This document shows, piece by piece, positions 18,257 to 26,520 of a DNA stretch of 32,000 nt. A program made the translations under genes and the position numbers. The notes beneath the pieces were generated by a model. It did no database searches, had not been told where the DNA came from, and saw only the letters and a list, made by a program, of their open reading frames with translations. The stretch comes from Microcystis aeruginosa NIES-2549 (GTDB taxonomy: Bacteria > Cyanobacteriota > Cyanobacteriia > Cyanobacteriales > Microcystaceae): positions 3,030,001-3,062,000 of the forward strand of contig NZ_CP011304.1 in NCBI RefSeq assembly GCF_000981785.2, read 5' to 3'. The first letter of the stretch is position 1. Every line of letters begins with the position of its first letter.

Positions 18257-18982
18257 CTAAAGTTTGACTAAAATGCTCGGTTCTTTTTGGATCGGTAAAA
18301 CATCAAGAGAGTCAATATTAGCGCAGTATTTTAAATCTTCTTGACAGTGGAGACGCAAGAGGCGCTGACCGTGACTACAACTGTGGAACATTCCTAAAAG
18401 ATCATTTTGCCATTGACGATAAAGAGCGATCGAGGCGATCACCTCATCATTACCGATCGCCATTTGCCCCGATTGTTCTTGTAGCGCATCGGCGATCGCT
18501 CCAGCACAGGCCGTATCTTCCAAAGAATAACCCCCTTCCCAACCAGAGCCAACAATCCAGACGGTTTCGGGCTGCCTATCCAATAAGTAATTAACGGCAG
18601 CTTGCCGATTGATCATGGCCGCAGTGATCACGATCGGGGATTCTTCCACTCTTTGCAGAGCGCGGGTGCCGTTAGTGGTGCTGATAAACAGACGACGACC
18701 TTTCATTAAATCAGGGGTACAATCGAGGGGAGAATTGCCCAGATCGCAGCCTTCCACTTTCGCGCCGCCTCTTTCTCCTGCCCGGAGACGTTTTTCTGGT
18801 TGCCAGGTATCACTCACCTGCATCAGGGTTTTCAGATCGCTAAAGGTTTGCACTGCTTCTGCACCGGCATTGAGGGCAGTGGCGATCGTGGTTGTCGCTC
18901 TTAAAACATCGATAACGACGGCGCAATCGGGTAGAGTATGGACGGGGGTAAGTTCGGGAGTATGATAAATGAAAACCTGCAC
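18257..18982 (-). CDS. comB: 2-phosphosulfolactate phosphatase family protein (ComB-like)
   Basis: 241 aa. [11 protein letters not shown] near the N-terminus and the overall length fit the ComB family. Confidence 0.75.
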   Translation of the reverse strand: MQVFIYHTPELTPVHTLPDCAVVIDVLRATTTIATALNAGAEAVQTFSDLKTLMQVSDTWQPEKRLRAGERGGAKVEGCDLGNSPLDCTPDLMKGRRLFISTTNGTRALQRVEESPIVITAAMINRQAAVNYLLDRQPETVWIVGSGWEGGYSLEDTACAGAIADALQEQSGQMAIGNDEVIASIALYRQWQNDLLGMFHSCSHGQRLLRLHCQEDLKYCANIDSLDVLPIQKEPSILVKL

Positions 18983-19322
18983 GATTTATACCAAGTAAAA
19001 AGTAAAAGGGGAAATAAGCTCAACATACCGCCGCTCGGCGTTGCGCTGGCAGAAGAAAGACAAGGCCGATTTTATCACAGATGTCGGGGTAAAGACCCTC
19101 GCTTTTAGAGACGGGATGAAACCCCGACCATTACAAAACAGCACTTCGACAAGCTCAGTGACACGAAGCACGACATTTCGACACATTTCGAGGGGCTTCA
19201 ATGTAAAGGCTCAATGTAAAATCTCAGTGTTCAAATTTCGACAATCTCAGTGTTCACTAAAATCTTGATAATCCGATGCTCTACAGGTTAGAATAAAATA
19301 AGTTGTTTGAGGTCGATAAACA

Positions 19323-20531
19323 ATGATTGTCTTAGAAATGAAAGCCGTGGTTAAACCAAGTCAGTGTTCTGCCATTGATGAAGCTATTCGTACAGTACAA
19401 TTCATCCGTAATAAGGCTTTAAGGCTTTGGATGGATGCCAAGAGAGAAGACAAAATCGATAAATATTCTCTCAATAAATATTGTGCAGTTCTCGCCAAAC
19501 AGTTCAAGTTTGTCGATACTCTAAATTCTACTGCTAGACAAGCATCGGCTGAACGGGCATGGTCAGCTATTGCTCGTTTCTATGACAATTGTAAGAAAAA
19601 GGTTAAAGGTAAAAAAGGTTATCCCAAGTTTCAGAAAAATAATCGTTCTGTGGAATATAAAAACTCCGGATGGAAATTATCAGAGGATAGAAAGAAAATC
19701 ACTTTCACAGATAAGAAAAACATTGGCACGGTTAAACTAAAAGGAACTAGAGACCTAAACTTTTACCCCATAGACCAAATTAAACGAGTTAGGATTGTTA
19801 AACGAGCAGACGGTTATTATGTCCAATTCTGTCTAAGTGTTGATATTCGGGAATATGCTAAACCCCTAGAACCAACAAAAAGATGTGTAGGATTGGATGT
19901 AGGCTTAAAAGTTTTCTACGCTAACAGTGATGGGGAAACGGTAGAAATACCGCAATACTATCGCAAGGCAGAAAAAAGATTAAATCGACTGAATCGGAAG
20001 AAGTCTAAAAAGTTTAGAAAAGGTCAACCTCAATCAAACAACTACCAAAAAGCTAGAAAGAGATATGCTAAAAAGCATTTAATAGTAAGTAGGCAACGTA
20101 AAGGCTTTGTCGAAAAAGAGGCATTGCGCGTCATTAAATCTAACGATTTCATCGCTTACGAAAACTTAAATATTCAAGGCATGGTAAAAAACTCTAAACT
20201 CTCTAAATCTATTAATGATGTTGCTTGGTCAACTTTTCGACAATGGTTAGAATATTTTGGTTTTAAATATGGTAAGGCTACGGTAGCAGTACCGCCTCAT
20301 AACACGAGTCAAAATTGCTCTAATTGTGGTCAAAAAGTCCCTAAATCTCTATCTACGAGAACCCATATTTGTCCCCATTGTGGCTATGTAGAAGATAGAG
20401 ATATTAACGCCGCTATCAATATTCTCAAAAAGGGACTAAGTACGGTAGGGCATACCGAAACTAATACGCTTGGGGAGAGATTCCCTCTGGTTTGGTTGGA
20501 TACGTCCTGCCAGATTAAGGAAACTCGATGA
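19323..20531 (+). CDS. tnpB: TnpB (IS200/IS605-family OrfB, IS1341-type) RNA-guided endonuclease
   Basis: 402 aa. RuvC-I GLDVGLK, RuvC-II IAYENLNIQGM, zinc finger CSNCG...CPHCG, RuvC-III DRDINAAINIL. No tnpA is adjacent. Confidence 0.92.
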   Translation: MIVLEMKAVVKPSQCSAIDEAIRTVQFIRNKALRLWMDAKREDKIDKYSLNKYCAVLAKQFKFVDTLNSTARQASAERAWSAIARFYDNCKKKVKGKKGYPKFQKNNRSVEYKNSGWKLSEDRKKITFTDKKNIGTVKLKGTRDLNFYPIDQIKRVRIVKRADGYYVQFCLSVDIREYAKPLEPTKRCVGLDVGLKVFYANSDGETVEIPQYYRKAEKRLNRLNRKKSKKFRKGQPQSNNYQKARKRYAKKHLIVSRQRKGFVEKEALRVIKSNDFIAYENLNIQGMVKNSKLSKSINDVAWSTFRQWLEYFGFKYGKATVAVPPHNTSQNCSNCGQKVPKSLSTRTHICPHCGYVEDRDINAAINILKKGLSTVGHTETNTLGERFPLVWLDTSCQIKETR

Positions 20532-20570
20532 ACCAAGAATCTCTCGCATGAGCGCGACGGGAGTGTCAAC
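20440..20570 (+). ncRNA. Predicted TnpB omega-RNA (reRNA) scaffold overlapping the tnpB 3' end; the guide would be the flank from 20571 onward
   Basis: Hairpins CGGTA-GGGCA-TACCG (20443-20457) and TCGC-ATGAGC-GCGA. Its position over the tnpB stop (20529-20531) matches the known architecture of TnpB guide RNAs. The 5' boundary is uncertain. Confidence 0.5.
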
Positions 20571-20593
20571 ACGATGGATGTCAGCTAGTTACC

Positions 20594-20716
20594 TAGGGTT
20601 GGCTGAAAAAGTAGGGGCGAAGCATTCGGATAGAAAATCTACGGTTTCAGCGATAGGTTATTGTCCGAATGCTTCGTCCTTCAAAATCAGCAAGGGATTT
20701 CGATTTTTTGACCTTT
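20594..20716. repeat. MITE-like fragment beginning with the same TIR (TAGGGTTGGCTGAAAAAGTAGG) and containing a 13-bp perfect-stem hairpin (20618-20630 / 20664-20676)
   Basis: CGAAGCATTCGGA ... TCCGAATGCTTCG, read directly. The first 24 nt are shared with 21208-21231. Confidence 0.6.
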
Positions 20717-20957
20717 CTGTATTTTTTTGTTAACAAAACTTAACAATTATCGGCAAAATTTTGCTTGCTTTTGTCGGGAGATTTTGGGATAATATTTTTA
20801 AAAGATTTTATTCATAATGGAAATCTATGTGTCTAAAAAAAAATTGCACAGATTCCGATTATAAGAAAAGCATAGCGCAAGTCGCCGGCAAAGTCAAGTC
20901 CTTTCCCATTAATTATGGGTGCGAATTTCCCAGAATCAAAAAAGGGGGTTAGTGGAG
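20717..20957 (+). repeat. Repeat family R, copy 1 (about 240 bp)
   Basis: Near-identical to 21531-21770 and, over its core, to 21025-21211. Confidence 0.9.
20765..20793 (+). promoter_or_regulatory. Sigma70-like promoter motif TTGCTT-N17-GATAAT inside repeat R (also at 21057-21085 and 21579-21607)
   Basis: The hexamers and the 17-nt spacing were counted directly and are conserved in all three copies. No transcript evidence. Confidence 0.35.
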
Positions 20958-21024
20958 GACAGGTGTTGGGGAGATTTTTGCTGGGTTCGGTGAACAGTTA
21001 TCAGGTAGAACCGGGGAACCAGAT

Positions 21025-21211
21025 ACAAAACTTAACAATTATCGGCAAAATTTTGCTTGCTTTTGTCGGCAGATTTTGGGATAATATTTTTAAAGGATTT
21101 TATTCATAATGGAAATCTGTGGGTCTAAAAAAATTTTGCACAGATTCCCATTATAAGAAAAGCATAGCGCAAGTCGCCGGCAAAGTCAAGTCCTTTCCCA
21201 TTAATTATGGG
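21025..21211 (+). repeat. Repeat family R, copy 2 (core only; 3' end interrupted by a MITE)
   Basis: Aligns with copies 1 and 3 from CAAAACTTAACAATTATCGGC to CCCATTAATTATGGG. Confidence 0.9.
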
Positions 21212-21354
21212 TTGGCTGAAAAAGTAGGAGCGATCGCCGGTTAAGATACAAGGTTTTTGAGCCACCAGCTTGAAAATCTTGCAGCTGCTTGGCTAAACAG
21301 GCCGCCAAACCCCTTACCTCGTCTATATTTCACATTTATTCAGGCAACCCTACC
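21208..21354. mobile_element. Small MITE (about 145 bp) with GGGTTGGCTGAA / TTCAGGCAACCC terminal inverted repeats, inserted at the end of repeat R copy 2
   Basis: Inverted termini were read directly. The TIR is related to the 9978 and 17965 family. Confidence 0.65.
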
Positions 21355-21530
21355 TAAATCTCTGCTGAAGGTGGAGATCAAAGGCTGTTTTAAACTAATA
21401 CTTTACTGCGATCGTTAGAAGTATCCCCAAAAATTGCCCCTCGTCGAATTAAATCCTGTTTTTGTTCAGGGGTGATCCCCGTTGCACCGATAAAGATAGC
21501 GTTTTTAACGTCTTCTTCCCTTGCTGATCT

Positions 21531-21770
21531 CTGTATTTTTTTGTTAACAAAACTTAACAATTATTGGCAAAATTTTGCTTGCTTTTATCGGGAGATTTTG
21601 GGATAATATTTTTAAAGGATTTTATTCATAATAGAAATCTTTGCGCTTAAAAAAATTTGCACAGATTCCCATTATAAGAAAAGCATAGCGCAAGTCGCCG
21701 GCAAAGTCAAGTCCTTTCCCATTACTTATGGGTGGGAATTTCCCGGAATCAAAAAAGGGGGTTAGTGGGG
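21531..21770 (+). repeat. Repeat family R, copy 3 (ends about 65 bp upstream of the aldo/keto reductase ATG)
   Basis: Aligns full length with copy 1. Confidence 0.9.
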
Positions 21771-21836
21771 AGTCAGACCAAATATAGGTTACACTTCATC
21801 TTTAAATGAGAAACGCTGTCATTCTTTGTAGGGAAT

Positions 21837-22790
21837 ATGACTAGACAAACCGCTAATCTCGGACAAACAGGAATTGCCGTCAGTGCTTTGGGAATCGGGA
21901 CTTGGGCATGGGGAGATAAATTCTTCTGGAACTATGGCAAGGAATACGGAGCTAGTCAGGTAGAGGAAGCCTTTAAAGCGGCAGTAGAGGCAGGAATCAC
22001 CTTTTTTGACACAGCCGAAGTCTATGGACTGGGGGAATCGGAACGACTCTTAGGAAAATTTACGCAAGAGACTGATATTGCCATCGATATTGCCAGCAAA
22101 TTTGCCCCCGTACCGTGGCGATTGGGGGCGAATGCGGTTCATAATGCCATTAGCGAGAGCTTAAACCGTCTAAAAACCGATAAAATTGCCCTTTATCAAG
22201 TACATTGGCCCTTCACCTTCCTAATTAGCCAAGAAACCCTGATCAATGCCCTAGGGGAAGAAGTAAAAAGCGGCCGGATTGGTTCCGTGGGTGTAAGTAA
22301 TTATTCCGCCGAGCAAATGCGTCAAGCAAGCCAGATTTTGGCGAAAAAAGAGGTTCCCTTAGCGGTCAATCAGGTGCAGTATTCGCTTTTGTATCGCAAA
22401 ATAGAAACTAAGGGAATTTTAGCCACGGCCAAGGAATTAGGTGTCACCATCCTCGCCTACAGCCCTCTCGCTCAAGGACTACTGACGGGTAAATATAGCC
22501 CAGAAAGCCAGAATTTGCCCGATGGAGCCAGAAAAGTTGACCCACGGTTCAAAAAAGAAGGTTTGGAGAAAATAGCCCCAATTTTAAGGGTACTGCAAGA
22601 ATTGGGCGAAAAATACCAAAAAACCCCCGCACAAGTCGCCCTCAATTGGTTAATCGCCCAAGGGGATGTAATTCCCATTCCGGGGGCAAAAACTGCGGCC
22701 CAAGCGATCGAAAATGCCGGGGCTTTAGGATGGAGTTTAGAAGCGCAAGAGGTGACGCAATTAGAACAGATGAGCCGACCTTGGCTGTAA
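21837..22790 (+). CDS. Aldo/keto reductase
   Basis: 317 aa. GTWAWGD, FFDTAEVYG, ALYQVHWP and IPIPGAK motifs of the AKR family. Confidence 0.9.
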   Translation: MTRQTANLGQTGIAVSALGIGTWAWGDKFFWNYGKEYGASQVEEAFKAAVEAGITFFDTAEVYGLGESERLLGKFTQETDIAIDIASKFAPVPWRLGANAVHNAISESLNRLKTDKIALYQVHWPFTFLISQETLINALGEEVKSGRIGSVGVSNYSAEQMRQASQILAKKEVPLAVNQVQYSLLYRKIETKGILATAKELGVTILAYSPLAQGLLTGKYSPESQNLPDGARKVDPRFKKEGLEKIAPILRVLQELGEKYQKTPAQVALNWLIAQGDVIPIPGAKTAAQAIENAGALGWSLEAQEVTQLEQMSRPWL

Positions 22791-22842
22791 AAATCAAAAC
22801 TTTTGATTTTTGATCACCATTCCGGAAAAAGTCTCTAACTTT

Positions 22843-22891
22843 TTGGTGATCAAGATTAAAACAAGCTACAATCTTTGCATACTGCTGTACT
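22843..22891 (+). promoter_or_regulatory. Candidate recA promoter (TTGGTG-N18-TACAAT, 22843-22872) followed by a LexA-box-like motif CATACTGCTGTACT (22878-22891)
   Basis: Motifs were read directly. The box matches the second half of the cyanobacterial RGTACNNNDGTWCB consensus and only partly matches the first half. Confidence 0.3.
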
Positions 22892-22916
22892 ACTTAAGAA
22901 AACTGGGACAAAATTA

Positions 22917-23984
22917 ATGGCGACAATGACAAATAACTCCGATCGAGATAAGGCCTTGGGTTTAGTCTTAAATCAAATCGAGCGCAACTTTGGCAAAGGT
23001 TCGATTATGCGTTTAGGAGACGCCACCCGGATGCGGGTGGAAACCGTGCCTAGTGGTGCCTTAACCCTAGATATGGCCTTGGGTGGCGGTTTACCGAAAG
23101 GCCGCATCGTCGAAATTTACGGGCCGGAAAGTTCTGGAAAAACCACCTTAGCCCTCCATGCGATCGCAGAAGTGCAGAAAGCTGGGGGAGTGGCGGCCTT
23201 TGTCGATGCGGAACACGCTTTAGATCCCACCTATTCCGATGTTTTAGGGGTAGATATCAATAATTTACTGGTGGCACAACCGGACACGGGGGAGGCAGCC
23301 TTAGAAATAGTTGACCAGTTAGTGCGTTCTTCGGCCGTGGATATCGTCGTCATCGACTCGGTGGCCGCTTTAGTGCCACGGGCGGAAATTGAAGGGGAAA
23401 TGGGGGATAATCAGGTGGGATTGCAGGCCCGTTTGATGAGTAAAGCCCTGCGAAAAATTGCCGGTAATATTGGTAAATCCGGTTGTGTGGTGATTTTCCT
23501 CAACCAACTGCGGCAAAAAATCGGTGTCACCTACGGTAATCCTGAAGTGACCACTGGAGGAACGGCCTTAAAATTTTATGCCTCGGTGCGTTTAGATATC
23601 CGTCGCATTCAAACTTTGAAAAAAGGCACGGAAGGGGAATACGGAATTCGGGCTAAAGTTAAGGTGGCTAAAAATAAAGTTGCGCCTCCTTTCCGGATTG
23701 CTGAATTTGATATTATCTTCGGTAAAGGCATTTCCCAAGTGGGTTGTATGCTCGATATCGCCGAACAAACCAACGTGGTTACTCGTAAAGGGGCATGGTA
23801 TAGCTATAATGGCGAAAATATTGCCCAGGGTCGCGATAATGCCGTTAAATATCTTGAAGAAAAGCCAGAAGTAGCGGCGGAAATTGAGAAGTTATTGCGG
23901 GATAAATTAGACATGGGTTCGGTTCCTTTCCCCACGGAACCGGCCGATGAGGACGAGGAGGACGATCTGGAACCAGAAGTTTAA
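22917..23984 (+). CDS. recA: Recombinase RecA
   Basis: GPESSGKTT Walker [11 protein letters not shown], and L1/L2 loop regions. The ATG at 22917 ([15 protein letters not shown]) is preferred over the tracked TTG at 22875. Confidence 0.95.
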   Translation: MATMTNNSDRDKALGLVLNQIERNFGKGSIMRLGDATRMRVETVPSGALTLDMALGGGLPKGRIVEIYGPESSGKTTLALHAIAEVQKAGGVAAFVDAEHALDPTYSDVLGVDINNLLVAQPDTGEAALEIVDQLVRSSAVDIVVIDSVAALVPRAEIEGEMGDNQVGLQARLMSKALRKIAGNIGKSGCVVIFLNQLRQKIGVTYGNPEVTTGGTALKFYASVRLDIRRIQTLKKGTEGEYGIRAKVKVAKNKVAPPFRIAEFDIIFGKGISQVGCMLDIAEQTNVVTRKGAWYSYNGENIAQGRDNAVKYLEEKPEVAAEIEKLLRDKLDMGSVPFPTEPADEDEEDDLEPEV

Positions 23985-24007
23985 AAGAAGAGGGTTTTAA
24001 GTCTTGG

Positions 24008-24610
24008 TTATCCCCCAGTTTTGGGGGATTTTTTAGCTTCAGAATCGATAGATTTAGCGGCTTCTAACCATGATTGTAAACCTTTTTTAGTCGGTGTTCC
24101 TTTAGTGGTAAAAGTCCATAAATCTCGTTTATGTTGTGGTCCGTAGCTGATATGAATTGGGCGATTAATTCCGTAAAAATAGAGAGAGTCAAAGGGTAAT
24201 TTTGCGGTTAAAATCCAATCTATCAGGCGATCGCTCGTTAAATCGATAATCCGAAAATCACAGGCTGCCCCCAATCGCTGACAATAATATTGACCTTTTT
24301 GATTAATTTCGTGGGCGCAATGTTGATCACGACTGGGATCGATTCTACCGTTTTTTAAGCCGGTGATCGGGTCTTTTTTTTGGAGAAATTTTCTCAGATC
24401 ATTAGAACAAAATCCATAGGTTAATTGAAATTTTTGTCGACCAAAATTATCAATAATTGGATCGATAATAAAGTGAGCGAGATTTTGCCAAGCGGTGATC
24501 GTTGCGGGATTTTTGGGGTAGGGATCGATTTGTGCCGCGTACTTTTGATAGGTTTGGGAACAGGTAGATAATTCCTCTAGGGTTAAATATTTACCAATTA
24601 ACATAATCAT
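24008..24610 (-). CDS. Hypothetical protein, possibly a peptidase M15-like (DD-carboxypeptidase fold) protein
   Basis: 200 aa. The spacing of YGFCS ... DQHCAHE ... LGAACDF ... PIHISYG loosely resembles the H-x-G-x-A-x-D zinc-site pattern of M15 family proteins. This is a weak assignment. Confidence 0.55.
   Translation of the reverse strand: MIMLIGKYLTLEELSTCSQTYQKYAAQIDPYPKNPATITAWQNLAHFIIDPIIDNFGRQKFQLTYGFCSNDLRKFLQKKDPITGLKNGRIDPSRDQHCAHEINQKGQYYCQRLGAACDFRIIDLTSDRLIDWILTAKLPFDSLYFYGINRPIHISYGPQHKRDLWTFTTKGTPTKKGLQSWLEAAKSIDSEAKKSPKTGG
24010..24034 (+). terminator. Rho-independent terminator of recA
   Basis: ATCCCCCA-GTTT-TGGGGGAT followed by TTTTT, 26 nt after the recA stop. It overlaps the last codons of the convergent 24008-24610 gene. 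Confidence 0.65.
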
Positions 24611-24648
24611 TTATCAGTTTTTTAGCTATATCCTATCACCCCATTTAG

Positions 24649-25518
24649 CTATTTTACCAAAGCTGCTTTTTTGCGACCATAATAAACAGCGATAAAAGCG
24701 CTGACATACATCCATAAACTATAGACCATTGCGGGAATGGCCAGATCGGGATTCTTTAATAAACCGGCAGTGATAGCAATAGCTAAAGTGCCGCTTTGAA
24801 TACCCACTTCGATGGCGATACAAATTCTTTGGGGAATAGTTAATTGAAATAAACGACCACTGAAAAAGCCAATTAGGGAAGCAATCGTGTTTAAAATAAT
24901 CACTGCCAGGCCAGTTTGAGCGATAAATAAAGGTAAACGTTGCCATTCTCTCAGGATTAATAAGAGGATAATCACTGCTAGAAAAATCACAGCAAAACGA
25001 TTAGTTATCGGTTCCAGACTTTTGGCCAGTAAAGGGAAGTAATGGCGGATAGTCATACCCATAACCAGGGGTAAAACTATAATCAAAAATATCTGCGCCA
25101 TAGTGGGACCAATGGGTAGGGAGATGGCGGCACTTTCACCCATAAAATGCTGAAGAGTGAAACTAGCTAAAAAAGGTATTGTGAAAATGGTGATGATGCT
25201 GCTAAAAGCGGTTAAAGTAACAGAAAGGGCCACATCTCCCTTAGCTAAATAGGTTAGAACATTGGAGGAAGGGCCGCTGGGGCAAATGGCGACAATCATT
25301 AAACCGACGGCAATTTCTGGCCGGAGAGGCAAGAGAGAAGCAATAATAAAGCCGACGATCGGTAGAATAATAATTTGATTGACTAAACCGATCAGGACTG
25401 CTTTGGGATAACGGGTGATACGCTGAAAATCGGCGGGAATTAATCCTAATCCCATGCCCAACATTAAAACGCCTAGGGCAACGGGTAAGAGGATATTAGT
25501 AAAAAAGTCGGCCTGCAT
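24649..25518 (-). CDS. Bile acid:sodium symporter (BASS) family transporter
   Basis: 289 aa polytopic membrane protein. Motifs MIVAICPSGPSSNVLTYLAKGDVALSV and EVGIQSGTLA are typical of the BASS/SBF family. Confidence 0.85.
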   Translation of the reverse strand: MQADFFTNILLPVALGVLMLGMGLGLIPADFQRITRYPKAVLIGLVNQIIILPIVGFIIASLLPLRPEIAVGLMIVAICPSGPSSNVLTYLAKGDVALSVTLTAFSSIITIFTIPFLASFTLQHFMGESAAISLPIGPTMAQIFLIIVLPLVMGMTIRHYFPLLAKSLEPITNRFAVIFLAVIILLLILREWQRLPLFIAQTGLAVIILNTIASLIGFFSGRLFQLTIPQRICIAIEVGIQSGTLAIAITAGLLKNPDLAIPAMVYSLWMYVSAFIAVYYGRKKAALVK

Positions 25519-25598
25519 GGGATAAAATCGGAAAAGATGAGCTTATTTTCCCATAAATTGACTAATTTATTCGTGTCCCTGGTTACCGATTTTGCCGA

Positions 25599-25703
25599 CT
25601 AAAAAACCCCGGTGTGCAAGGGAGGTTAAATTGTGGGAGAAATCCAACCTTGGGGATTTTAGTCCAGTTTCCCTTGCCGCTCCGGGATGATATCCTAGTC
25701 ATA
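25599..25703 (+). repeat. Structured ~105-nt repeat, copy 1
   Basis: Aligns with 26520-26625. Outer stem CCGG/CCGG plus GCAAGGGA/TCCCTTGC, inner hairpin AAATCC/GGATTT. Confidence 0.85.
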
Positions 25704-26291
25704 CTTCAGTTGCTTGGTGGCAACCATGGGATTACAGCTAGGGAACTGCCGATGCGACTGCCACTTTTGACATCAGCAATGCCTAGGGAATTTTGCCGCA
25801 GGACTTCCATCAAGAATAACGAGGGAAAATTTTCCTTCTAAATCCCACAATCCTTGAATTCCCTACCGTTGATAAATTGCTAGGGTGACCAAGGTGGTAG
25901 ATTTTTGGTGAACGATAGGTGAATTTTCGCAGAGTTTTCCCTTCTCGATCGAGGGGCAGTTTTCTGTCATCTAAGTTGTGTGTAAACATAGCAACCCTCC
26001 AGATCTCTACAGTTCTATTGTACCTTTATTTCTGGTTCGAGTGCGGGAGAATGTAATAATGTGTATTATTCGTCAGAGAAGACTCAACCTTTGTTTGTTT
26101 TAAAGGTAGTCGCAAGTGTGAGCGGATTAATTTTCCTGAGCTTGTTCAGCGATTCCCTCAGCAGGATTACCAGTTGACTCTTTGCTTCTTTGTGCGATCT
26201 AGTTTGAGGATTTGTCTGGTGTAAAGTAATTGATAAAGTAGCTAATTTCCCCGAATCACTCTCTTTGATAATCCCGATGGATTGCCCTTAA

Positions 26292-26520
26292 TTAAGTTAA
26301 GGGAAAAAGGGTTAAATTCTCTAGAAGAATTATCCTGATAATTGCCCATTTTTGATGAACCGACTGCCTCCCTTGATGCTAATGCAGAATAGGAAATCTA
26401 GCAAATGTTTCGCACTCTAGCCACCGATAAAATAACCATAGTAATTAGTCATCGATTAGCTCTTTGTCAAGCGGAACTGATGAGCAAACGAGGACAATAT
26501 CACCCTAATAGTTATCAATC
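26292..26520 (+). pseudogene. Decayed ABC-transporter ATP-binding domain fragment (signature, Walker B and H-loop region)
   Basis: Manual translation gives LS*GKKG (signature-like), then after a frameshift LPIFDEPTASLDANAE*EI*QMFRTLATDKITIVISHRL (Walker B, D-loop, H-loop) with in-frame stops. Confidence 0.7.

Larger units (their letters stand above)
19270..20570 (+). mobile_element. tnpB-only IS200/IS605-family element (left boundary not determined; right end placed at GTCAAC, 20565-20570)
   Basis: Intact tnpB and a structured 3' tail ending in ...GGGAGTGTCAAC. The same terminal motif is seen at 7587-7598. The left end is a guess. Confidence 0.5.

Noticed and set aside
18986-19268. ORFs 18986-19201 (minus strand, 71 aa) and 19041-19268 (plus strand, 75 aa), and a tRNA-like impression at about 19090-19130
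   Set aside because: The region is built from short reiterated motifs (TTCGACA, CTCAGTG, CAATGTAAA) plus a long-range GTCGGGGT/ACCCCGAC stem. The peptides are low-complexity. No T-loop (TTCGAAT-type) or proper cloverleaf could be drawn. It probably contains the comB and tnpB promoter regions and the IS left-end region.
20470-20733. 87-aa plus-strand ORF overlapping the tnpB 3' end
   Set aside because: It lies over the predicted omega-RNA, the right end and a MITE fragment. It has no RBS and no protein-like features.
21390-21524. 44-codon minus-strand reading frame (AREEDVKNAIFIGATGITPEQKQDLIRRGAIFGDTSNDRSKVLV*) between a MITE and repeat R copy 3
   Set aside because: It looks like the C-terminal stump of a gene truncated by the repeat insertion, but it is too short for me to assign a family or to be sure it is coding.
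20717-21770. CRISPR-like array downstream of tnpB
   Set aside because: The repeat units are 190-245 bp, which is far too long. The spacers between them are other repeats or MITEs, and no cas genes are present.
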